Source: Chthoniobacteraceae bacterium
GTDB taxonomy: Bacteria; Verrucomicrobiota; Verrucomicrobiia; Chthoniobacterales; Chthoniobacteraceae
Reading direction: 5' to 3'
DNA length: 23,502 nt
NCBI GenBank assembly: GCA_031409335.1
Contig: JANNWY010000319.1
Span: 1-23,502 of the forward strand
Shown here: positions 1 through 6,559 of the stretch, piece after piece
Numbering within the stretch: position 1 is the stretch's first letter
Layout of the letters: each line of letters starts with the position of its first letter
Made by a program: the position numbers and the translations under genes
Notes under the pieces: generated by a model
Told to the model about the DNA's origin: nothing
Seen by the model: only the letters and a program-made list of their open reading frames with translations
Database searches by the model: none

Positions 1-67
1 TCGATCCGGGTCCGCGACCGAATAATAATGGGCCGAATGCTTGAAAAAACGGAGTGATGTTAGGCAT
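1..67 (-). CDS. Probable N-terminus of the IS4-family transposase (runs off the window)
   Basis: ATG at 67, 73 nt inside the terminal repeat, opens MPNITPFFQAFGPLLFGRGPGS... to the window edge. Too short to confirm the family. Confidence 0.45.
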   Translation of the reverse strand, partial: MPNITPFFQAFGPLLFGRGPGS

Positions 68-140
68 ACTTACTTACCATTAACCACCCAGCGACATTAG
101 CAGCTTTTTATCCGAAATTGCCCTTAACTTAATGCCATTC
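1..140 (-). mobile_element. Left end of an IS4-family insertion sequence (partial)
   Basis: Minus strand 140->123 reads GAATGGCATTAAGTTAAG, 13/18 identical to the E. coli IS4 terminal repeat as I recall it (TAATGCCGATCAGTTAAG). GC content drops abruptly and HsdS similarity stops here (KAPDL|NGIKLR). Confidence 0.7.
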
Positions 141-538
141 AGGTCTGGTGCCTTTATGCGGGCAAGCAGAAGGCTGACAAGATCCGCACCGAGCAGTTTG
201 AAGACGGCGTAGTCTGGGCTGACCAAGCCGGGCTTGCTTCCTACTCCGAACATGCCGCTCCATGCCTGCATCCGGTTCATCACGATTTCGCCCGGCGCGT
301 AGAGCTTGTAACCGGCGAGCGTGCGTGCGCTGTGAATCTTGTCGGTCATGTCGCTGCGAGCAATTAGACCACGATTGCGCGTCAGGGAGAGCAACAGACC
401 AGAACCATCCAGCGAGCGGGCGTCCTTCTCGCGTAGAATGGTCTTTAGTCGCGGAGTCCGCCAATGCGCCGGAACGCATCCGAGCCAAGGAAGCCCCGAC
501 TCCTTGTATTCCGCATACGGCTTGAGTCCCTCGATCAT
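80..538 (-). pseudogene. hsdS: Type I restriction-modification specificity subunit, N-terminal part, truncated by IS at 140
   Basis: Typical HsdS start MIEGLKPYAEYKESGLPWLGCVPAHW and TRD-like YKL..PGEIVMNRMQAWSG..G...GLVSPDYAVF. AAGGAG RBS precedes ATG 538. Only about 132 codons precede the IS; the frame reads through IS sequence to a stop at 80. Confidence 0.85.
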
Positions 539-633
539 GCCGTGGCTCCTTTCGGTTTCGGCGGCCAAGGGCAAACGCTTAAACAAGAGCCACCTTTTTT
601 TTCAAGGCATCCGGTGTTCCAGCCGGCGTGTTC

Positions 634-719
634 CGGCTTTGCGTTTAAGTTGGCAATCCATTTATTTTCAACGTGTTGAGAGTTTCGAGCGAGGTTCATC
701 GGTTTAGCTTTTAAGTTGG
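634..719. repeat. Imperfect 20-bp direct repeat pair flanking a short palindrome, possible operator
   Basis: cggctttgcgtttaagttgg (634-653) vs cggtttagcttttaagttgg (700-719), 17/20 identical; tcaac-gt-gttga palindrome at 668-679 between them. Confidence 0.55.
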
Positions 720-721
720 GA

Positions 722-2131
722 TCAGGCCCAAGAGGGGAGATAGCACCGATAGCGCGGCGCAGATTGCGCCGGGTTGGCAATTTTGATTGTTCCTGCATCC
801 AAGGTGGCGGAAATGGTCTGCGAAACAGTGGTCATTTTTTCTTCAGTCAGCTTGAAGCGCTCGCGGAGGCTTTGGTTGGTCATTTTCCGGTTCAGCACAT
901 AACAGAGGCAGCAGTGCTGGTAACAGGCGCGGATGCGGTCGGTGCGTTCCATTTGCTCGAAGGGGCGTGGATGCAGCAGCAGGACCGAGAAGCGCTTGAA
1001 CCCCGTGCGGAAATCCGGGGCGGGCAATTGGGCGAGTTCGATGGCCTGGATGACCTTGTCCACGCCACTGCCCTTCTCCTCAGAAATCGCGAAGCGGCGC
1101 ATGAGGTCGGCCAGGCGTTCGTTGCGCGACTGGTAGCCATCAATGAACCGGTCGGAAGGAACCAGGGGTTCACCGGGATTAGAGATTTCCACACGGTCAG
1201 GATAAATCTCGATCATCACCGACATGCCGGTGAGCGAGAAGTCCTGGTGGATGAGGGCATTGGCGACGAGTTCGCGGATGACGATTTCGGGCACGAGTTT
1301 CATCTCCTTGCGCAGGGCGTCCTCGATGATTTCGTTCTGCGGGAGCTGGCCCATGATGAAGCGGATCAGGTCCTGAAAGCCGGTGGCGTAGCCTTTGATC
1401 GCCAGTTGATCCAGCCGGGTATCAAGCTTGGACGTGCCTTGGTAAACGATGGTGCGGGCGGCCTTGCGGGAAAGGTCGGGGAACTCAGAAAGCCGCTTTG
1501 CCAGCAGCAAGGCACTGAGGCGACGGATGGCATAGCTGCCGTCAATCAAGTCCACGAGGCGTTCTTGCTGGAGTCGGTCCAGGACACCGAGCTGATGGGT
1601 GGGGTAAGGTAATTTGAGCAGTTCAAAGAAGGTCTGTGTATCGAGAAGTTCCACGACTTGCTGGGCATCGAGCCCTTGTCGGGAATGCTCCTCCAGCCAG
1701 TCGGGTTGGCCTTCGGCGAAAATGCGACGGAGCTGGTCCTCGCTCATGGGCACCAATTCCTCGCCTGAGCGCATGAGGTAGGTGCCGTCGAGATGGTAGG
1801 CGGTGCCGCGTGGTCGGCCAGGGATGTGACAAACCACGACGCGCCCCGCCGGATGTGCGACGGCCTCCACATCCACCCGAAAGCCGAGCGTCGCGAAAAG
1901 TTTCTCGGCCATGCCCACCGGATCGTTCACAGCGGCTGAACCGACAACCGGGCGCGGAGGCTGATCGGCGATACCGAATAATAGATGGCCGCCACCTTCA
2001 TTGGCCAAGGCCACGCAGTATTTGCAGAGTTTGCCAAAATCGAACTGCGTCTTCGCCTCCTTAAACTCCAAGCGCTGGTGTTCCGAGGAAGATTGGCGCC
2101 AGAGGTCGATTTGCTCCGCGGTCGTGCTCAT
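722..2131 (-). CDS. Schlafen/AlbA_2 domain protein with HATPase_c_4 (RecG C-terminal-like) region and probable C-terminal HTH
   Basis: N-terminal SEHQRLEFKEAK...VALANEGGGHLLFGIAD (AlbA_2); central IRELVANALIHQDF...IEIYPDRVEISNPG...SRNERLADLMRR...EEKGSG (HATPase_c_4). ATGA overlap with the hsdM stop. Confidence 0.85.
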   Translation of the reverse strand: MSTTAEQIDLWRQSSSEHQRLEFKEAKTQFDFGKLCKYCVALANEGGGHLLFGIADQPPRPVVGSAAVNDPVGMAEKLFATLGFRVDVEAVAHPAGRVVVCHIPGRPRGTAYHLDGTYLMRSGEELVPMSEDQLRRIFAEGQPDWLEEHSRQGLDAQQVVELLDTQTFFELLKLPYPTHQLGVLDRLQQERLVDLIDGSYAIRRLSALLLAKRLSEFPDLSRKAARTIVYQGTSKLDTRLDQLAIKGYATGFQDLIRFIMGQLPQNEIIEDALRKEMKLVPEIVIRELVANALIHQDFSLTGMSVMIEIYPDRVEISNPGEPLVPSDRFIDGYQSRNERLADLMRRFAISEEKGSGVDKVIQAIELAQLPAPDFRTGFKRFSVLLLHPRPFEQMERTDRIRACYQHCCLCYVLNRKMTNQSLRERFKLTEEKMTTVSQTISATLDAGTIKIANPAQSAPRYRCYLPSWA

Positions 2132-4521
2132 GGCTTGGCTCCCTTCGTGATTTCGTGGAGCAGGCCTTCGGTCTCCTGCTCCAGCGCGAGGATGTCGGCG
2201 CTGATCTGGGCGAGGGTGCGGAGCTGGGGCGGCTGGTAGAAGTGGCGGGTGAAACTGACTTCGTAGCCGATCCTGGTGTCGGCCTCGACGAGCCAGGCGT
2301 CGGGCGTGTAGGGCAGAACTTCGCGGCGGATGAAGGCTTCGATGCCGCCCTCCTCCAGCAGCGGGATTTGCTCGAAGTCGCGGAGTTCGCTGTCGGGCTC
2401 GTATTCGACGACGACATCATGGTTGCCCCTCACCCCGGCCCTCTCCCCATCCGATGGGGCGAGGGAGAAGAAGCCGTGCAATGGGTCGGCCTTCATCTTG
2501 CCGGGCTTGTGGATTTTCTTGATGACGCGGGGCGCATCCTCGACGCGCCAACTGACGGCGTTGACGATGAGCTTGAGTTCGGAGGCGCTTGGCTTGCCCT
2601 GTCCTGAGCTGGTCGAAGGGAGATCGAGTTTCTTGAGCGCGGCCTCCACGTCTTTCAAGAAGACGTTGTGGTCCTCGAAAAGCTCATCACCGAGGGCCTT
2701 GCGGAGCTGGTTCGCGACATCGAGGAGCATGGCATCCCGCCGCCAGGTGGCTTCGCTGAGGAGCTTCTTTTTCTTTTTGTCGGAGAGGCTCTTCTTCGGC
2801 GTGTCGGTTTCGCCTTCCTCGTCCTCGTCGCCTTCGCTGTCAGCCTTGCCCCAGTCGTTGACGAGATGCTCCAGTTGCGGGCGGACGGAGGCGGGATCGG
2901 TGAAGAGGGCGTCGCCGAGTTCGGCGTGGAGGGCGGCGCGGATGTCCTCATCGCCGGAGGCGTAGCGCAGGGGATCGATGCGCGGGCGGGTGAGTTGGCT
3001 GTGGAGGCGGAGCGGGCGCTCGACCTTCACCTTCCAGTAACCGAATGCCTTGTTCGGAAAGATTTTCGACTGAGGCGTTTCCTCAAAGGCGAGGAAGGTG
3101 TCGCAGATGCGCTGGATGTCCTCGGCGGCGAGTTCGCAGTTCTTCTTGCCCATGTTCTTGCGCAGGGGCCGGAACCATTGGGTGGCGTCGATGAGCTGGA
3201 CTTTGCCCTGGCGCGGCGCGGCCTTGCGGTTGGTGAGCACCCAGACGTAGGTGGCGATGCCGGTGTTGTAGAACATGTTCAGCGGGAGGGCGACGATGGC
3301 CTCCAGCCAGTCGTTCTCGATGACCCAGCGGCGGATGTTGCTCTCGCCCTGCCCGGCGTCGCCGGTGAAAAGCGAGGAGCCGTTGTGCACCTCGGCGATG
3401 CGGCTGCCGAGCGGGGTGTCGTGCTTCATCTTGCTGAGCATGTTGGCCAGAAAGAGCATCTGGCCGTCGCTGCTGCGGGTGATGAGGGAGTATTCAGGAT
3501 CGCCCGCGTGCTCGATGAGGAAGCGCGGGTCTTTGACGTCCTTCTTTCCACCTTCGCCGCTCATTCGCTCCAGGTCGCTCTTCCAGCTTTTGCCGTAGGG
3601 CGGATTGGCGAGCATGAAGTCGAAGGTGCGGGAGCGGAACTGGTCGTTCGACAGGGTGGAGAAGGCGGGGCCGCCGACGATGTTGTCCGCCGCGTCGCCG
3701 TCGCCTTTGAGCAGGAGGTCGGCTTTGCAGATGGCGTAGGTCTCGGCATTGATCTCCTGCCCGTAAAGGTGGGTGGCGACCTGCTTGCCGTGGTCTTTCG
3801 CGATCTTCTGGAGCGTTTCCTCCGCGACGGTCAACATGCCGCCGGTGCCGCAGGCGCAGTCGTAGAGCAGGTAGGTGCCGGACTCGATCTTGTCGGCCAC
3901 GGGCAGGAACATGAGGCTGGCCATGAGCTTGACGGCATCACGCGGCGTCCAGTGCTGACCAGCTTCCTCGTTGTTGTCCTCATTGAACATGCGCACGAGG
4001 TCCTCGAAGACGGTGCCCATGGAGTGATTGTCGAGGCCGGGCAACTCGCCGACGGGTCGGGGGCTGAGGTTGATGTCCTTGTCGAGGAACTTCTCGATGA
4101 GCTGGCCGAGGCCGTCGGACTCGGAGAGCCGGGGGATTTGATTGCGAAACTCGAAGTTCTTGAGGATGTCCTGCACGTTCGGGGAGAAGCCGTCGAGGTA
4201 GGCCATGAAGTCGTCCTTCAGCGTCTGCTGCGTCTTGCGCGACTTCAGGTCACGCAGGAGGAAGGGGGAGGTGTTGTAAAAGGCCTGCCCTGAGGCGGCG
4301 CGAAGGGCGTCGTCCTGATTGATGATGCCGCCCTTGTCGAGCGCGGCCTTCATTTCGAGCACAGCATCCTTCGTGGGCTCCAGCACGGCATCCAGGCGAC
4401 GCAGGACGGTCATTGGCAGGATCACATCCCGGTATTTGCCGCGCACGAAGACGTCGCGGAGGGTATCGTCGGCGATGCCCCAGATGAAGTTGGTGATCCA
4501 GTTGAGTTGTGCTTGGTCCAT
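2128..4521 (-). CDS. hsdM: Type I restriction-modification methyltransferase (M subunit), 797 aa
   Basis: NFIWGIADDTLRD..RGKYRDVILPMTVLRRLD N-terminus, GQHWTPRD, motif I YDCACGTGGML, YGQEIN, catalytic NPPY, LPLNMFYNTGIATY, C-terminal IGYEVSFTRHFY. Confidence 0.95.
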   Translation of the reverse strand: MDQAQLNWITNFIWGIADDTLRDVFVRGKYRDVILPMTVLRRLDAVLEPTKDAVLEMKAALDKGGIINQDDALRAASGQAFYNTSPFLLRDLKSRKTQQTLKDDFMAYLDGFSPNVQDILKNFEFRNQIPRLSESDGLGQLIEKFLDKDINLSPRPVGELPGLDNHSMGTVFEDLVRMFNEDNNEEAGQHWTPRDAVKLMASLMFLPVADKIESGTYLLYDCACGTGGMLTVAEETLQKIAKDHGKQVATHLYGQEINAETYAICKADLLLKGDGDAADNIVGGPAFSTLSNDQFRSRTFDFMLANPPYGKSWKSDLERMSGEGGKKDVKDPRFLIEHAGDPEYSLITRSSDGQMLFLANMLSKMKHDTPLGSRIAEVHNGSSLFTGDAGQGESNIRRWVIENDWLEAIVALPLNMFYNTGIATYVWVLTNRKAAPRQGKVQLIDATQWFRPLRKNMGKKNCELAAEDIQRICDTFLAFEETPQSKIFPNKAFGYWKVKVERPLRLHSQLTRPRIDPLRYASGDEDIRAALHAELGDALFTDPASVRPQLEHLVNDWGKADSEGDEDEEGETDTPKKSLSDKKKKKLLSEATWRRDAMLLDVANQLRKALGDELFEDHNVFLKDVEAALKKLDLPSTSSGQGKPSASELKLIVNAVSWRVEDAPRVIKKIHKPGKMKADPLHGFFSLAPSDGERAGVRGNHDVVVEYEPDSELRDFEQIPLLEEGGIEAFIRREVLPYTPDAWLVEADTRIGYEVSFTRHFYQPPQLRTLAQISADILALEQETEGLLHEITKGAKP
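2426..2467. repeat. About 42-bp palindromic REP-like element in frame inside hsdM (encodes SLAPSDGERAGVRG)
   Basis: cccctcaccccggccctctccccatccgatggggcgagggag, with hairpin ccctctccccat-ccg-atggggcgaggg (1 mismatch). Resembles a widespread intergenic palindromic repeat type. Confidence 0.7.
2597..2620. repeat. 24-bp REP-like element in frame inside hsdM (encodes PSTSSGQG)
   Basis: ccctgtcctgagctggtcgaaggg with CCCT/AGGG inverted ends; splits KKLDL|KPSASELK. Resembles the common cctgagc..gtcgaagg repeat. Confidence 0.65.
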
Positions 4522-4601
4522 AAAAAGGGATTTCGGTTTAGGCGGCTAAGAGGAGCGGAGTGGTGCTGATGTCGGCGAGCTTGCTGCCGTGGGATTCGAC
4601 G

Positions 4602-4632
4602 AATTGCCAATCTGTCGCTTCGCTCCGTAATT
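4602..4632 (-). repeat. Mini-insertion of about 24-27 bp flanked by AATT direct repeats (encodes LRSEATDWQ)
   Basis: Minus strand g-aatt-acggagcgaagcgacagattggc-aatt; shares cggagcgaagcg with the insert at 5423-5459. Confidence 0.65.
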
Positions 4633-4672
4633 CCGACTGCACGAACATGCCGCCGGAGCCGCAGGCGGGGTC

Positions 4673-4762
4673 AGGGGGAATGTTGAATAACGAATTTCGA
4701 ATGACGAATGGGCGCGAGGTTTTCACTTCGACACTCGCACTTCGGACTTCGCACTTTGCCAC
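4673..4762. repeat. 90-bp insertion made of two heptamer tandem arrays, replacing the conserved FYTP segment of HsdM
   Basis: gaatgtt/gaataac/gaatttc/gaatgac/gaat (4678-4709) and cacttcg/acactcg/cacttcg/gacttcg/cactttg (4724-4758). Confidence 0.8.
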
Positions 4763-4807
4763 GCCGCCGTTCTTGCCCTCGGCGCTGGCGAAGCGGGTGA
4801 GGAAATA

Positions 4808-4915
4808 TTGATGAGCGCCGCCGTGCTCACCCTGGCTCGCCCATTTCCCAGCCTCCACTATTCCCCTCCGCCTCCTCGGCGGGCTGCCTGCGGCAGTCTT
4901 TGTCGCTCCGCTCCA
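4808..4915 (-). repeat. 63-bp hairpin element carrying a nested 45-bp insert (4834-4878)
   Basis: After removing 4834-4878, the first 47 nt match 5273-5319 at 39/47. Inserted at the HsdM VY(E)|YFL site. Confidence 0.8.
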
Positions 4916-5026
4916 ATCATAAACGCGGCCAAGCAGATCGACGGAGCGGTGGGTCTTCTCGCCCTCGCTGGCGGCGGTGAGTTCGATGGTAGCGATGACG
5001 TCGATGAGTTCGCCGAGGCGCTGGTT

Positions 5027-5095
5027 ATCCTTCGCTGCGCTCAGGCTCTGCGGTGTGGCTGCGCGTGGGGAGAGGGCGCTGCCGCGCCGGGCAGT
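5027..5095 (-). repeat. 69-bp composite REP-like insertion (encodes TARRGSALSPRAATPQSLSAAKD)
   Basis: Hairpin ctgcc-cggcgc-ggcag, a ccctctcccca piece shared with the 2426-2467 element, and cctgagcgcagcgaaggat. Splits RPGLD|(K)QRLGELID. Confidence 0.7.
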
Positions 5096-5272
5096 GTCGA
5101 GGCCGGGGCGGGTGTAGTCCTTGGGGAGGACGCCTTTGAGGCGCGGGTTGTCGCGCTCAATGGCGACCATGTCGTCGTCCACGGTCTTGCCGATGGTGGG
5201 AAGTCTGGCCGACCCCAGGAGGTGAGACCAGCGGGCATCGGCGGGCACCCAGAAGACGTTCTCGGCTTTGTA

Positions 5273-5401
5273 TTGATTCGCGCCTCCGCGCTCACCCTTC
5301 GGGCTGCCTTTGGCAGGCTGTTTGCCGTGCGCTGCCGCGCCCGCCCTTGCGGGCTGCACTTCGTGCAGGCTATCTCGTTCCACTCGGTTCGCTCCGCTCG
5401 G
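5273..5401 (-). repeat. 63-bp hairpin element with a related 66-bp copy nested inside it (5324-5389)
   Basis: Outer copy ttgattcgcgcctccgcgctcacccttcgggctgcctttggcaggctgttt...cgctccgctcgg; inner copy ..gcgctgccgcgcccgcccttgcgggctgcacttcgtgcaggctatctcgttccactcgg has the same two-hairpin layout. Confidence 0.8.
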
Positions 5402-5422
5402 CTCCGCCGCGTCCATGTTGTT

Positions 5423-5459
5423 GCTCCGGTTGCCTTCGGCTGTCTCCGCTTCGCTCCGG
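5423..5459 (-). repeat. 30-bp mini-insertion bounded by a 7-bp direct repeat (gctccgg)
   Basis: gctccgg at 5423-5429 and 5453-5459. Minus strand contains gcGAAgc and gccGAAggc hairpins; lies in HsdM LWLTAD|..NNMDAAE. Confidence 0.7.
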
Positions 5460-5538
5460 CTGTCGGCGGTGAGCCAGAGCTTGGCCTCGAAGCCGATGGT
5501 GGAGGTGGAGGTGGCGGAGGCGGTGGATGCTTTTCGGC

Positions 5539-6096
5539 TCATGGCTTCTTCGACTTGGACTGTTTGGATTGTCGCAGCTTCTTTACCTCGGTATCAAGCA
5601 GGCCGAGCAGGTCCACTTCCTCTTGCGCTTCCAGTGCTTTCCGTCGGCGGGCGGCGAAGCGTTCATATTCCGCCTCCGCCAACTGGTGCGCCTCCTCGCC
5701 GCTCACTTTTCCAGCATCAGGCAAAATCTCCCGTTCGTTCAGATTTAGGAAATCATGGAGCTGCGTCACTCAGTTCTGGAGGAAGATTTGTTTTTTACGC
5801 CGCGCATGATCCTCCGCGAAATCCAGGAACATCACGACGAGCCGGTTCAGTTCCTCAATCTTGTCCTCGCGCAGGTAGTTCTTCGCCACCGTCACAGCGC
5901 CTTTGCGCACCACTCCGCTGCGCCAGGCCATCAGGCCCATGTTCGGCTGGGCGGAGTCCGCCCGCTCGGCGATCAACTCCGCCGCCGTCCTCCCCGTGGC
6001 AGCGAAGTGCAGTTTGTTCTGGATGGTCTGGAAAAACACCCGCGTCTCCCGCTCCGTGGCTTCGTAATCCGCTGCCGGCGCGAGAATCTCCCGCAC
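5539..6096 (-). pseudogene. rhuM: RhuM-family protein, C-terminal half, 5'-truncated with an internal TGA at 5770-5772
   Basis: VREI.A.AADY...FFQTIQNKLHFAATGRTAAELIAERAD...PNMGL..W...VAKNYL...IEELNRLVVMFLDFAE...QN*VTQLHDFL.LNEREIL..AGKVS. The frame continues past the TGA (likely a former TGG/Trp); the stop overlaps the ATG of the hsdM remnant. Confidence 0.85.
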
Positions 6097-6495
6097 CGGA
6101 GTGAAATCGCCGGAGATCGTCGAATCGAGATAGAAGACTCCGCGCATCGCGAGTTCGTGCGCACTCTCGATGGCCGCGTCCGGCTCACCCGTCGTTGTGT
6201 CCAAAATGATCTGCCCGGCCCGCAAATGCGCGGCACCTTCCGCCAGCACCGCGCGCACTTCGCGATGGCTCGGCAAACTCAGCAGCACCACATCGCAAGT
6301 GCCGAGCACCGCATTGGCATCCCCCGCCACCTCGCCGCCCAACGCGGCGAACGCTGCAACACCCTGCGCATCCGTATCAAAGCCGCGCACCGCAAATCCA
6401 CCGTCCCGCAACCGACTCGCGAGTGCGCTGCCCATGAGCCCGAGACCGATGATGCCATTTGCAGACGGAGTGCTTGGTTGGGTGGAGTTCATCAT
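6097..6495 (-). pseudogene. NAD(P)-binding domain of a 3-hydroxyisobutyrate/6-phosphogluconate dehydrogenase-family protein, fused in frame to the rhuM remnant
   Basis: GIIGLGLMGSALA Rossmann motif, CDVVLLSLP, IILDTTTG, YLDSTISG. Similarity ends near 6109, where RhuM sequence takes over. Confidence 0.8.
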
Positions 6496-6559
6496 GAATA
6501 GTTCGCGCACGATGGACAGCGGGTGCGCGCCGCTACATGGCAGAACTACCCGCCGCCGA

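Larger units (their letters stand above)
4538..5542 (-). pseudogene. hsdM: Second, truncated type I HsdM (different subfamily) interrupted by six in-frame mini-insertions
   Basis: HsdM blocks IGFEAKLWLTAD, NNMDAAE, YKAENVFWVP..PRLKGVLPKDY.RPGLD, QRLGELID..DLLGRVY, YFLTRFASAEGKNGG, DPACGSGGMFVQS and FVESHGSKLADIS are all in one frame, separated by foreign peptides. The ORF ends before YGQE and the catalytic NPP(F/Y). Confidence 0.9.

Noticed and set aside
2445..2453. ccccatccg matching the tRNA-Ser 3' end as a possible second att site
   Set aside because: Only 9 bp, inverted relative to the tRNA, and part of a palindromic repeat inside hsdM.
4538..4561. C-terminal LLLAA of the hsdM remnant resembling an ssrA/ClpX degron
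   Set aside because: A three-residue match is easily due to chance in GC-rich DNA; no independent support.
4602..5459. Possible CRISPR array or integron attC array
   Set aside because: Repeats vary in length and sequence, the intervening segments are consecutive pieces of one hsdM gene, there is no clear RYYYAAC/GTTRRRY cassette structure, and no cas or intI gene is present.
5497..5530. ggtgga/ggcgga hexamer repeats at the start of the hsdM remnant
   Set aside because: Low-complexity Ser/Thr/Ala linker; unit of 6 cannot shift frame, and no evidence of phase variation.
5770..5772. In-frame TGA in rhuM as selenocysteine or recoded Trp
   Set aside because: Other genes here use TGA as a normal stop and the gene is already 5'-truncated; a TGG->TGA nonsense change is simpler.
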